Origin: Narcine bancroftii
Taxonomy: Eukaryota
Direction of reading: 5' to 3'
DNA length: 64,000 nt
NCBI RefSeq assembly: GCF_036971445.1
Contig: NC_091477.1
Coordinates: 4,712,001-4,776,000, forward strand
How positions within the stretch are numbered: position 1 is the first letter of the stretch; each line of letters begins with the position of its first letter. A program made the translations under genes and the position numbers. Positions 39,774 through 52,483 of this stretch are shown here, piece after piece. Below the pieces are notes generated by a model. It saw only the letters and a program-made list of their open reading frames with translations, was not told the origin of the DNA and searched no databases.

Positions 39774-40661
39774 TTCTAGATAATGGAACATGCCGAGGTT
39801 CTCCACGAAATATTTGTCGAAGAATCAGATTCTAGTCAGACTCCGCGCCTTTTCAAAGAATAAGAAACTAACATAATATGTTAGTTTGGGCATATGAATA
39901 GATCAGAAAAACCCTAAAGTAGTTTGGAGCAAAATTTTATTTTTCTAAAGATCACCATCTTGTTAAAGCACAAATGACTCCATTGTGCCCTTGGGAAAAC
40001 GCCAATATCTGAGCACCACAAACCAATCGTACCAACTCCAGAGCGCGATATTTTAGATAGAGTTACTTGGAAGACATTCAGCTCAGTCCATTTTCCCTCT
40101 GCAAGGGCAATTCGTGTTTCTTGCCTTTCCCACCCATCGCCAACCGAACAAATTCAATGGCATTGGAGGAAAGGAAATGCAAACGATCAATTAAGTATGT
40201 ATTTCCGCAAAATCGATCCGGACTTATTTTAAAATCTATGCAGCATGTTAAAGAACGAAAACATTTGGTACATGACTTTTGGTCTTTCTGCGCTTTGCAG
40301 TTCCAGGAAGGATCTGATACAATGAAAAGACAAGGGCAACACTGCATCCTACATTAGGCACTGTATATCGTTCAATTGATCAAAGCACACTTACGCCAAC
40401 ATTACGTCTTTGAACAAACTTGCTTCCTATAATCATTTATCACCGTTGGATGAAGGGTTCCGGCCGGAAACGTTCACCCTTCTTTCCCTTCCACTGATGC
40501 TGCTCGATTGGACGAGTTCCCCCAGCAGCTGGTTTCAGCCTCCAGATTTCAGACGCTCGTGCTAGTGTTATGACGTTCGCAGTTAAATTCTGGAAGCAAG
40601 ACGGAATCATTCATTTTATCAATACCTGGGGTTTATGGTTGTACACCCTTAAACATTTAAC

Positions 40662-40760
40662 AGCTTTAAGAATTGTTGCTGCAGTTGTTGAAAAGGACTG
40701 ACTGCGTCGCTGTCTACCAATGGGAAGCGCTTGTTCTTGGCTGGATCCATTGCCCCGCCC
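40662..40760 (+). promoter_or_regulatory. Pcdh promoter module 5 with intact CGCT box, CCAAT and GC box
   Basis: tgcag 40680, CGCT 40708, ccaat 40717, gatccattg 40744, ccgccc. Confidence 0.8.
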
Positions 40761-40961
40761 ACATCCCTGCACAAAAGAGAGGAGTCGACCAGAAGGCGAG
40801 CAGTGCTCAAGTTTAGATCGTGAAGTCAGACGGAGGTGGATAAATCTGTTGCTGTTTCGATTCGACATTTAGAGTATTCACATACACGTTTTTTGGTCAG
40901 AACCGTTTTTCGGATTAATCGAGTCGAGGCCTGGTTTTGCAAAATAATTCACTGCGGAACA

Positions 40962-43340
40962 ATGGCGTACCCACTGTGGTTTGCCTTCAATCTGCTTGCA
41001 TGCGCGTTTCTGACATGTATACCAGATATAATTAATGGCCAAATTCGTTATTCAATTCACGAGGAATTGGAAGAAGGGGCATTTGTCGGGAATATCGCTC
41101 AGGATTTGGGACTGAATGTCCGGCAATTGTCCACTCGCAAATTACGCCTGGCCCCTGTCGCCGGAGGACGGTACATGAAGGTTAGTTTGGATAATGGGCT
41201 TTTGTCTATTCGTGAAAGGATCGACCGGGAACATATTTGTGGACAGGCAGTTGTGTGCATTTTACCTTTCGAAACAACTCTGCAAAATCCTTTGGAGGTT
41301 CATCACGGCGAACTGGAGATTCTTGATGTAAATGACAATTCCCCGGTTTTCCGCGACGGCAGCATTTCTTTGAAGATGTCCGAAGCAATTACACCAGGAA
41401 TACGCTTCCGCCTCGAGGGCGCAGAAGATCAGGATATTGGGATAAATACTGTCGCCGGCTACACAATCAGTTCCAGTGAGTACTTCAGTCTAAAAACGCA
41501 GCTCACCGATGACCGTGTTATAAGTGCAGAGTTGGTGTTAGAGAAATCTTTGGACCGAGAGCGGCAATCATCGTTTCAGTTGTTGCTTACGGCCACTGAC
41601 GGTGGGATTCCTCAAAGGTCCGGTACGGCTCAGATTCTCATTACAATATTGGACTTCAATGATAATCCACCTATATTCGAGCATGATGTCTACAAAGGCA
41701 GCCTCAGTGAAAACGCACTGCCAGGTACCTCAGTGTTGAAAGTTAATGCAAACGATTTGGACGAGGGGGTGAATGCTGAGATAACATATTCTTTCAGTGA
41801 TCGAACCATGAGACAAATACGTGATATATTCATCATAGACCCAGATACAGGAGAGATTCGGCTAGAAGGACCGCTGGATTTTGAAGAAGCAAACACCTAT
41901 TCGCTCGACGTTCAAGCTGTGGACCACGGTATCCCTGCGATTACAGGATACTCAAAAGTGCTGATCAAGGTAATTGATGTGAACGACAACGCCCCCGAGA
42001 TAACATTGACATCAACATTTAACAAAATCACGGAAGATGCTCCTCCAGGAACATTCATAACCTTGATCAATGTCATCGATCGCGATTCTGGAGAAAATGG
42101 TCGAGTTCGGTGTGCAATACCGAAGAACATCCCTTTCAGGCTACAAACATCATCTGACCGTTATAAACTAATTTCTAGTGAAGCGTTGGACCGTGAGGCG
42201 ATCTCTGAGTACAAGATTCCTGTTTCAGCCTGGGACCAGGGATCTCCTTCACTGTCAACAAATAAAACCATCCATGTCACAATTTCCGATGTAAATGATA
42301 ACGCCCCACAGTTTACGGAGCCTTCCTACAACATTTATGTGATGGAAAACAACGGCCTTGGTGTTTCTATATTCGCGGTTACAGCGTCCGATCCTGATTT
42401 GGACCAGAATTCGTATGTTTCATACTCTCTTCTGGCCAATCATATGGGAGACTTGCCAGTGTCCAGTTATATCAGCATTAACTCGATGAACGGTACCATT
42501 TACGCGCTGCGCTCATTCGACTACGAGAAACTAAAAACCTTCCAGATCCAGGTTCAAGCCCGTGACGCTGGAGTGCCCCCGCTGAGCAGTCGCGCTGCGG
42601 TTAATGTGATAATCCTGGATCAAAATGACAACGCGCCGGTAATTGTTTCACCTTCAGCACCGGGTGGATCAGCAGCAGTGGATTTCATGCCCCATTTAGC
42701 GAGTCAAGGCTACCTGGTGACCAGGGTAATGGCTACAGATGCAGATTCCGGGCAGAACGCACGGCTGTCATATCAGATGCTCAAATCGACTGATTCTACC
42801 TTGTTCAACGTTGGACGAAACTCCGGTGAAATCAGAACAGCTCGCAATATTTTGCAGTCAGATAGCAGCTCACAGACTTTGGTGATATTGGTGAAGGACA
42901 ACGGGCAGCCAAGCCTCTCGAACACGGTTACAATTCACATTACAGCTTTGGAGAACATCACCGAAAAAATAAGCGAAAGTAGTAAATTAGTGAAGTATCC
43001 GGAATACGTTTCCAATCGAAATCTTTATTTGATCGTCATTTTCGGTTGCACGTCCATTGCCTTTCTGTTGATCATCGTTCTGTTGATTGGCATCAAGTGT
43101 AAGCAGGACCGAACTGTCATCCAGGAGTACAATTACCCCAGTTATTGTTACAAAGGCGGAGATTCGCGCGTCACGTTGAACCGGGGAGCTGCAATGGAGG
43201 AAACTTTGCGCTATTCCGGGACTGGCCAGGTAGTCCGCGTGCCAGAATTGAATCAATATTCTGTCTGCCTGTCCCCGGAATCAGCGAAAAGTGATTTTCT
43301 CTTCTTGAAGCCATGCGACGTTCCCACCTCTCAAGCCTAA
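40962..43340 (+). CDS. Clustered-type protocadherin gene 5 (divergent subgroup), single exon; ATG 40962
   Basis: acaATGg start, signal peptide, QIRYSIHEE, six cadherin repeats, TM, tail YSVCLSPESAKSDFLFLKP. The ORF-track start at 40836 is GTG. Confidence 0.92.
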   Translation: MAYPLWFAFNLLACAFLTCIPDIINGQIRYSIHEELEEGAFVGNIAQDLGLNVRQLSTRKLRLAPVAGGRYMKVSLDNGLLSIRERIDREHICGQAVVCILPFETTLQNPLEVHHGELEILDVNDNSPVFRDGSISLKMSEAITPGIRFRLEGAEDQDIGINTVAGYTISSSEYFSLKTQLTDDRVISAELVLEKSLDRERQSSFQLLLTATDGGIPQRSGTAQILITILDFNDNPPIFEHDVYKGSLSENALPGTSVLKVNANDLDEGVNAEITYSFSDRTMRQIRDIFIIDPDTGEIRLEGPLDFEEANTYSLDVQAVDHGIPAITGYSKVLIKVIDVNDNAPEITLTSTFNKITEDAPPGTFITLINVIDRDSGENGRVRCAIPKNIPFRLQTSSDRYKLISSEALDREAISEYKIPVSAWDQGSPSLSTNKTIHVTISDVNDNAPQFTEPSYNIYVMENNGLGVSIFAVTASDPDLDQNSYVSYSLLANHMGDLPVSSYISINSMNGTIYALRSFDYEKLKTFQIQVQARDAGVPPLSSRAAVNVIILDQNDNAPVIVSPSAPGGSAAVDFMPHLASQGYLVTRVMATDADSGQNARLSYQMLKSTDSTLFNVGRNSGEIRTARNILQSDSSSQTLVILVKDNGQPSLSNTVTIHITALENITEKISESSKLVKYPEYVSNRNLYLIVIFGCTSIAFLLIIVLLIGIKCKQDRTVIQEYNYPSYCYKGGDSRVTLNRGAAMEETLRYSGTGQVVRVPELNQYSVCLSPESAKSDFLFLKPCDVPTSQA

Positions 43341-43569
43341 TGCTAAATTACCATGATGTTCCACATCATTCATTTACCATGATGCCCAGCTTAATTGCAA
43401 TAATTTCTTTGGTTATCAAGGAATGTTAGTTATTGCAATTGAAGTTTTTAAGAAAGTATCCATAGGCGTAAAACAGTTTAGTTTTAATTTAAACTTATGT
43501 TCAGTTGTAATGGTCTAAAATAAAAGTGTGAAAAATTAAGAATCCAATTTTTTAAGATTACCATCTGTT

Positions 43570-45950
43570 AATTTTTTTAAAAAACTTTATGTATTCGTTC
43601 AAAATACAAATAGTAAATAACATAAACAACATTGAACCAGAAACATGAACGTTATATTTTATATGAAAAATAAAAGTAAAGAAAAAATGGAAAAAATCGA
43701 AACCCCCCCTCCCCTTCAGCCAACTCTCCTAAAGAGAGTCATAAAGAAAGGAAAAAATTTTAAGGAAAATTAAACATACATATTAAGATCTGATCAACAT
43801 AAATCAAAATGTAAATATTCTAAATATAACAATCACTTACTAATAAAATTTCACGCGAAAAATATATAATTTATTCCATTATTAAACAATATTTCATCTC
43901 ATTATATCATCTATTAATATCAATCATATTCGTATTTTTCCACGTACTAACAATACATTTTTTCGCTAAAAATAATGCTAAATATACAAAAGTAAGTTGA
44001 AATTTATCTAATTCCAAACCTTTCAATGGTTATAAACTGCCCAATAAAGATGCTATCGGGTCTAAAGGTATTTTATCCTTATACAGGTATTCTAAAAACA
44101 ATTGAATTTTCCTCCAAAAAGATTTTATATATATACACATGACCATACAGCATGAAAAAAAATTTCCAACAGAATTACCACATCTAAAACACGAATTTAA
44201 TTAACGAAAAAAAATACTTTTTTAGTTTTTCAGATGTTAAATATAATTAATATAAAAAAAATTAATCATTGCATAGCGTAAATGTATTAGCCTAATTACA
44301 GTATCATAACAAATATCTAATCAATCATCTTTGGAAAAAATAAAACCAATATCCACTTCCCATTTCCCTTTGGATTTATCCCAACCTTTTTATGCATACT
44401 ATCCTATAATATTTAATACATAAATGAAATAGAACCCTTCTCTGGTACCTTCATAAGAAAAGTCTCAAATTTAGTCATTTCATGTAAAATTGTACCACTA
44501 CCAAACACACGTTTTACCAAAGATCAAATTTAATAATAAAGAAACAAAGAGTTCTTATCAATACCATAGCTGTCCCTCATCTTCACACTTAATCGGATTG
44601 TTTAAACCTCAAACATTAAAAGTAGGAAACCTCAACTTTAACATATCTACTAATATTACTAAAGACAAATAATATCTTTATATGAAAACTGAAATCATCA
44701 TATATAGGCCGTCCAATAGGAGAAAAAAATCACAAATTAAAAGCTAGATAAAATGAAAATAATAAAAAGAAGAATAAAATTAACAACCCCCCACCCAAAA
44801 AAAAATTATCAAAAGGTAGTAATCCCTGAACAAAATTTGGGTGTGGATAACCCACCAGTGGCTGATGACTAATAGAACCTAGAACTAATCTCTTCCTCCC
44901 CAGCCAAACATAAAGTAATCTCAAAATATCATAATAACATAAAAAATAAAATAAGAATAAGAAGATTCTTCTATTCATCCAAGAGTTTCCAAACTCGGAG
45001 ATCCCATTTCAAAAGAAGCTGGACTCTTTCCATTTCTGTTTTCCCCATTTCTGCCATTTCTTCCAATGGTGGACTACGTGTTTGTCCTCTTATATCTGGC
45101 AATGAATCAGCAAAAATCATTGCTTCACGATCATCCTCAAAAAACCGAGATTGATGGTCTCCATGAAACACCTTCAACACTGCCGGATAGCAAAAAGTAG
45201 ACTTATAACCTTTACACCACAAAACTTCTTTAACTGGATTAAATTGACGTCGACGTTGAATTACCTCTTGACTCAAATCAGGATAAAAAAACTCTGCTAT
45301 TCTGAATCAATAACAGAGTTTTTCGTTTTCTCGCATTTTGCACTGCCAGTCGAAGTATTGCTTCTCTATCCAAATAATTCAAACATCGAATTATTACAGG
45401 TCTCAGTGGTTGACCAGATAAAGTTGTTCTTCTTGAAGCTCTATGAGCTCTTTCCAGTACCAAGCTTCCAGAAAAAAATTCTTGCCCTCGTACTTGTGGG
45501 ATCCAGTCTATAAAAAAACGAAGAGGATCTTGTCCTTCCATACCTTCTGGCAAACCAACAATTTTCACATTATTCCTTCTACTTTGATTCTCCAAATAGT
45601 CTATTTTCCTCTCTAACTCCTTCTCACATTCTCGCAATTCTATAAGGGATTTTTCAACCTTCAACCCTTTTTCTGTATTAGAAGTCACTTGCTGTTTACA
45701 TTCCAAAAAGAAGACTGAAAGTTTAAAAAATCTTCACAAGATGCTTCCACACGTGCTTTAACTGTATTCAATTCTGAACTTATTCTTTGAGCCATCTCAT
45801 TCATTATAGGCTGGATGACAGCATTTAACGGCTTACATTGTAATTCAGAAAAGCTCAGCCCTGCTTTCTCTAACGTAGTGGCAGAACCAGGTAAATGCAG
45901 CTCCTGCTGCAACTCAACAAAATGCATTTTGATCATCTGTTAATTTTGAA
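43570..45950 (-). mobile_element. L1-clade LINE, internally deleted (ORF1 plus ORF2 C-terminus)
   Basis: ORF1 motifs LENQSRRNNVKIVGLPE, LERAHR, RPVIIR; minus-strand CFRC...FFHAVWSC Cys-rich tail at ~44130-44190; no room for EN/RT. Confidence 0.8.
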
Positions 45951-46424
45951 GGAAATTCGAACGCTCCGTCAATTAGTGACGCAATCAAGTGGTTGTTATC
46001 GGAATGATTATGAAATGAAATTTGATGTCTGGATCGAGTTATGTGTTTTAATATTAATAATTGAAAATGCGCTCAATACAGAAATATGGTTGCATACCTT
46101 CCACACGAATGTCAAAATTGAAGACAAATATAGGATAAAAGGTAGAATCCTGAAACCCCAACTTAAAACTAGAACCTGCAGGAAACACGCAGGATATCCT
46201 GCTACCCTTTGCAGGGGAATATAACTCGTTCCAACAGCATATCTTCTCCATCATAGATATCACTCACCTCCATTTTTAAAAATTTCATAGAAAAATTTAT
46301 GGATTCCTTTTTCTTCCATCAATCCCTCCCATCCTTCAGCGCATTCCCTTCCACATGCAGGAGTTGCAATGTGAGTCCTTTAAAAAAATCTGTTTTCTTG
46401 CCTCGACTCAGCAAGTTTTGAGAT

Positions 46425-47110
46425 GAAATGAAGATTGGAGACATTGTCGACAGCGAATAAAAATTTCGGAACTTGCAGAGGGATTTGGACCAGCTGGAAA
46501 AATGAGGTGAAATTGGTATTTCATGCAGAGAAGTTTGAGATGTTGCATCTTGGAAAGACAAACCAAGGTAGGACACATTCGTCCTGTGTTCTATAGATGC
46601 AAAGCTTATTGTAAAGTAGAACATAGAACACGACAGCGCAGTAGAAGCCCTTCGGCCCCCATCTCGCACTGACACATACATTCTTTAAATTATACACTCT
46701 ACCCACCCTACCCCATCAACCTCTATTTTACTCATCTCGCACTGACACATATATTCTTTAATTTATGAACTCTACCCACCCTACCCCAACAACATCTATT
46801 TTACTCTCATCCATGTGATTCTCTAAGAGTCTCCAAATGCCCATAATGTTTCTGCATACTAGGCACTCATAAATCTCTGCAGAATACACGTACCCCTGAT
46901 ATTTCCCCAAAACCTCCCTCCCTTCACGTTTTGCACGTCTTCTGCTGTTTGTTATTCCTGCCCTGGGAAACAGGTGGTGGCTATCCACCCTATCTAAGCC
47001 TCTCAGTCATACAAAGGTCTATCATGTGTCCTATCATCCTTATACTCGACAAAGATAAAAGTCCTTGTTCGATTAGCCTTGCTTAATAAGACATGTTTTC
47101 CAATCCAAGC
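46425..47110. mobile_element. CR1 fragments (+ then -), including a 73-bp tandem duplication at 46660-46805
   Basis: aagattggag...gggatttggaccagctgg on +; CR1 3' end on -. Copy 2 (57262-57715) has one 73-bp unit and a deletion. Confidence 0.6.
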
Positions 47111-47225
47111 AACATAAGTTCTAAAATATTAATTCTTCAAATTCAAAAGTGGTCTTATCAGGAAAGAATAGTTTCAGTACGCTGGTATTCACTGCAGGTG
47201 AAAAGGGCGAGAGGGACTTTGCATG

Positions 47226-47867
47226 CGTTACAGTCCGAGAGGATTCTAAAACACAGCAGCAATAGAGGTTCATCAAGCCAAATGTTTACTTAAACATTTT
47301 CTTTAACATAAAAACAGGATCAAACTTTAACTTATTACTATTAAATTAACTTAACCTGACATCAACCCCTTCTGATTCTAAATCACGTGCAAGTAATGTG
47401 CACATTCTCAGAAAAGTTCTTTGGTTCAAAGTCCAATCTTACTTCACACTCCTTCAGGGTCACCTGTATCAGTCAATTCTTATAGTGTGAACAGAATGTA
47501 ACATTTCTGAATTTTCACCGGGTGCGAGTGAAAAGGAAAATGGTTACTTCTCAGGAAATGTTTAGATGGATTCAGAGAGAGATTTGATGCTCGTTGAACT
47601 GATTTCCCATGATCAGTAATTCAGTATCTTGCCGCAGAAACTTTCCCCATCATGATTTTTTCAAATGATAACCTTTTCTTCCAGGTTATCCCTTATTTCA
47701 GGAGAAACATTCTAGCCAGCCATATCCTGTTGAAACGACTACAGGGGGTTTTCAAATGTTTCAATTCAGAAACCACAGCCCATGTCCAAAATGGGATTTC
47801 AAACAAGCTTCCTAAAGCCACTGCAGAAGTTTGTTCTCTATGTCTGTGTCTGTGTCTGTGTGTCTGT

Positions 47868-47899
<32 letters not shown>

Positions 47900-48328
47900 C
47901 TCTCTCTCTCTTTCAAATAAGAATCCTGTTTGGTCTTTTTCTCTCTCTTTGCTTGAAAAACCACATGACCCTTCTGAGAAGAGCAAACTGGAAGCAGATA
48001 GATTGCTGACACCAGAATCATCTGCTTGGCCATCTGTTGCTTTCAAAACATTAATCGATTTACTCCACAGCATCAGTTCAAGTAACACCTACATAAAGTT
48101 TTCATAAATATTCTTTAAAGTTTCTGTAAATTCACTGTGGACATGATGTCTCTCCTTATGCATAGCTTTTGCAGTTTAAATGAGGTGTCTCGTGTGAAGT
48201 GTTACTGTCTTTGCTTGTGGTAACCTGCACTAAACCGCACCCCCTACAATCTATCTTTTTTAAAGATATATAATTCTGTTATTATTATACTGACTTTACA
48301 TTCACAACACCAATAACAATACACACCT

Positions 48329-48365
<37 letters not shown>

Positions 48366-50255
48366 AAACATGTTATAACAATGTATCCCAATGTTGAGAG
48401 TTAAATGTCTTTACATGTTCAATTTAATTTCTTGACAAACAATCTTCTATTACATTATTTGTACCTTTGATATTATTGATTTGCAGAATATATTCTTGCA
48501 ATACTAAAGACCAGTTTAACAATCTTTTGTTTTTATTCTTCGTTTTATTAAAATAAACACCAGAGGACTGTGGCCAGTAAATATCACAACTGGTTCATGA
48601 GCGGTACCCAGATACACGTCAACATTCTGCACAATAATTATTGTAGACAACAGTTCCTTTCCAATACAAGAATAGTTCCTTTGATGAACATTGAAATTCT
48701 TTGAAAAGTAGGCAATGGTAAGGCCAATTTCATGTTTTTGTAATGAAATTATGCCTGCTACTCCCTCACTGGCATCTATTTATAAAGGAAACTGTCTGTC
48801 AAAAGCAGGAGATTTTAAAACTGGGTAATGGCATAGCATCTCCTTTAAATTTTTTAAAGATCTCTTACAAACTTTCGTCCACACGAATTTCTCCAATTTC
48901 TTCAAAACGTTGATTGAATGAATAGTAACTTCAGCAAGCTTTCTATAAAATATCCTAGAATTTCCAAATTCCTCACTGCTTTCTTGCCATGGGGAATAGG
49001 ACATTCAGAAATTGCATACACTTAGCTTGAACAGGTGCAACTTTTCCATGACCAACTACATGAGCCAAGTATGTCAGTAGCACTTTCTAATACACTTTTA
49101 TCTAAACTGACAGTTAAGCTTCCTTTGGATAATCACGAAAACAATTTGTTCAGTTCTCTAAGGCGTTCTACCCATGTGCCACTTTTTGTGAGCCAGTCAT
49201 CAAAATAAGCATCTCTTTGTCAAAAGTTTGATTCCCGAATTTAACATCCTTTGGAATGTTGCACGGACATATTCCATGCCAAAATGTGTCAAATTATATT
49301 CATATAAACCAGATGGTGTCACAAATGCAGAAATAACCTTTCCTCTATCTGTTAGTGCCACACACACCAGTAACCCTTCCACAAATCCACTTTAGTAATA
49401 AATTTAGCTTTCTCAATTTTATTAATATAATCATAAATTTTAGGAATAGGACAAGTATGTGCTTTAGTAACTGAATTAACTTCCCTATAACCTGTACCAG
49501 AACACAAGGAAAACTCCAATCTGAGTTTGAAGGTCTAATAATATAATTTTTCAAGATATATTCCACCTCCTGATCGATGATGTTACTCTTTTGAATATTT
49601 ATGGTATATGGGTATTCGTTTATGGGACTTGCGTCACCCACATCCACATCATATTGAATCACTGACGTCCTTTTAGGCACATCAGGAAACAAATGTGCAT
49701 TTTTCAAAAGTAAATACTTTGATGCTTCTCTTATTGAGATTTAACATTTTCCTTCAGATTTTCTAAAATTGTTGACTTAGACAGGTGCACAGGAACTACG
49801 GTTTTATAAGGTTACTCTCAAAAGATTCTGATCCATAATCTTATAAATCGAACTTCTGCAACTCTGCCAACAGCTAACACCTCTGATATAAACTGTTCTC
49901 TACTACCTTTATCCTCATAATAATGTTTGAACAAATTTATTTGACACACCTCAGAATTAATCCTACCATCTGGAGTGTTAACATCATTCATTTACGATTT
50001 CACTTCACATGGTTTAGTAAATTTCGCACTCAGGGGATTGTCATTTGTTAGGAACAAAATTAACAATTTACTTTCTTTATTAAATATCCTCACCTGAGCT
50101 TCATTGCACCCTGAGCCTTTTCTAAATTCTCTTAAGCCAAAGTCCACACATTTTGTAACTGATCTTTAAATTTAGAAACATAATCCAGCAAGTACAACTG
50201 TACATCCTCATGAACCCACCGTTTTTTAACAACATTAAAGGTCCTCTAATCTGAA
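47226..50255 (-). mobile_element. Degenerate Gypsy LTR retrotransposon with Gmr1-like order (INT C-term, RT, RNase H) and adjacent LTR-like segment (~47226-48320)
   Basis: Minus strand: IRGPL..LLDYVSKFK (INT end); DVGDASPI..PY, IIRPSNSDWSFPCVLV, AFVTPSGLYE (RT); IAYFSK..HQRNYS, NWSLVLQEY, DCLSR (RNase H). Confidence 0.75.
47840..47910. repeat. (TGTC)n/(TC)n microsatellite
   Basis: Read directly; the paralogous position in copy 2 is an N-gap. Confidence 0.9.
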
Positions 50256-50259
50256 GTCA

Positions 50260-52381
50260 AACCCATCTCGCTAACAATCCCAATTAAACAGATTTTTTGA
50301 TCCAAAGAAAATTTTATTTTCAAAATATTTTGTAAATAATCTCTTACTCTATAGCAAAAACACTAACGTTATCACAAGTCCATAATGAGTGTAAAAACGC
50401 ATCTCTCAGATCATTTCACCGAAGGCACAGATCTGAAGCACTCTGCTTATATCTTTTCAAACGTTTTGTGGTCAGGAATATTTGATGTTGAAAATTATCA
50501 ATTATCAGTCCATACCTAACATTTACTAATTTTGCCATACTACATCTACAAATATTCATCCCATGATTATTTCCAAATTTAACCACCAAATCCTTCTCCC
50601 ATTTAAGTCGTGATTTATGCAATCCAATTATATGCATTTTCTGCTGCATTAATGTATACATTTCAGAAATAAAATCCTTCTTCCCTTCATCCCGGAACAA
50701 CACTTCATTTTAATTCTTTAGGTGAAAGCAAATGTCTCCCGAAATAATCAAACAACATTGATTTAATTTGTTTATAACAAAAAAACGTGTGAGTAGGGAT
50801 TTGCTATTTTTCCTTCAACCTTTCAAATGGTACAAAATGACTCAATTCAAAGCAATCATTTACCGTTGTAATTCCTTTCTGATTCCAGATTTTTAAGAAG
50901 GTTATTGTCAATCATAAAAGATTATTTATTCTGAAACAAAGGTGTATATCTAGAAAATTCATCTTGATTAACAATATTTTTTACATACTCTTCCCAAATA
51001 CTTATCAATGAGATTAAATAGGTGCTTTCTAACCGCTAATTAATTTACTATTCCATTTATAGATGAAATAATCTCTTCTATTGTCTCCAATTCTCTTCAA
51101 TTTTGCATCTAGCCAAGTTACAGGACTATCTAAGTCAAGCATTCTATTCATAATTTTAATTGAGCAGCTTTATAATAATTTTAAAAATTCAGAAGTTGCA
51201 AACCACCTAATACGTATTTCCATGTTAATCTATGCATAGAAACCATTGCTAATTTTCCGTTCCATTGAAATTTCCTAACCATTTCATTGAAATCCCTAAA
51301 ATAACTTCTTGGTAAATTACAAGGTATATTTTGAAAAAAATACTGGTCGAGGAAATATATTCATTTTTATACCGTTCACACTACCCACTAATGTTAACGG
51401 TAAATCCTTCCATTTATTTAAATCTTCTTTTATTACAGACATTAATAATAAATAATTTAATTCAAATAATTGATTTTTATCTTTATTCACTTTAATAACT
51501 AAATACTTAGTGTGATTTGGCCATTTAAAGTCTCCCCCTCCTTTACAACCAGAATAATCAGCCTCAGACAATGGCATAAGTTCACTTTTATTCCAATTCA
51601 CTTTATAACCAGATAATTCCCCATATTGTAATAACTTTTGGGTCTGTTAAGTGTACTAATATATTTTATGCAAATACACTAATCTTATAATCCATCACTC
51701 CTGATTTAATCCTCTTTATATAACTTTCCTGTCTTATTAATTGCGTTAAAGTTTCAAACACCAATGCAAACAATGAAGGTGATAAAGAGCACCCCTGACT
51801 CGTAGATCTTTCAAATTAAAAGATTCAGATAAGACTCATAACTCTAGCATTGGTTTATTTATATATTGCTTTAATCCAATTTATAAACATTGATGAAAAC
51901 CGAAATTTCTCCAATACATTAAATTAAAAAAGAAAACATTCCACCTTATCAAATGCTTTTTTTCAGCAGCCATCGATAACACTACTTGAACTTGGATTGC
52001 TCCCGAGAAATATTTATTAAACTAATTTAACTACATTATCAGCAAATATCCACCTTTAATAAAACACGTCTGGACAATATGAATCAACTTTGGTAAATAC
52101 TGTGCCAGTCTATTTGCCAAACTCTTAGTCAAAATTTTATAGTCAACATTCAATAATGAAATTGGACTACAAGCGCGAGGATGCAAAAGGTCTATACATG
52201 ATCTTTTTAAAGGATGACTGTAATAATTGCTGGTGAAAATGATTCCAGAACGGATCATGTATCTGAAACGTGTTGTAAAACTTGACCAAACACTGGAAGC
52301 ACTAAATGTTGGAATTTATTTTAAAATTCCAGAGTAAACACATCTTCTCCTGGAGATTTACCATTTGATGTTGAATTCAAA
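50260..52381 (-). mobile_element. Degenerate L1/Tx1 ORF2 (RT to C-terminus), truncated at the duplication junction
   Basis: GKSPGEDVFTLEF, PISLLNVDYKILTKSLANRL, EKAFD, QGCSLSPSLFAL, WKDLPLTLVG. Confidence 0.85.
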
Positions 52382-52483
52382 GCTGCATGCGCGACGGAAG
52401 GCTTGTTTCTTCTCTGGACAGGACGGCTTTGTAAGGTGAGCCTGGTGGGCAGCTCGCTTCTTTGCCAGCAGCTCCTGGATTTC
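52382..52483 (-). mobile_element. Internal RTE-LINE fragment filling the breakpoint
   Basis: About 59% GC island; the minus strand reads EIQELLAKKRAAHQAHLTKPSCPEKKQAFRRACS without stops, recognised from memory as the EN-RT linker of RTE-clade ORFs. Confidence 0.7.

Noticed and set aside
47652-48107. ORFs of 131-151 aa with RQTD/VCLS repeats
   Set aside because: Artefacts of translating through a microsatellite within an LTR-like segment.
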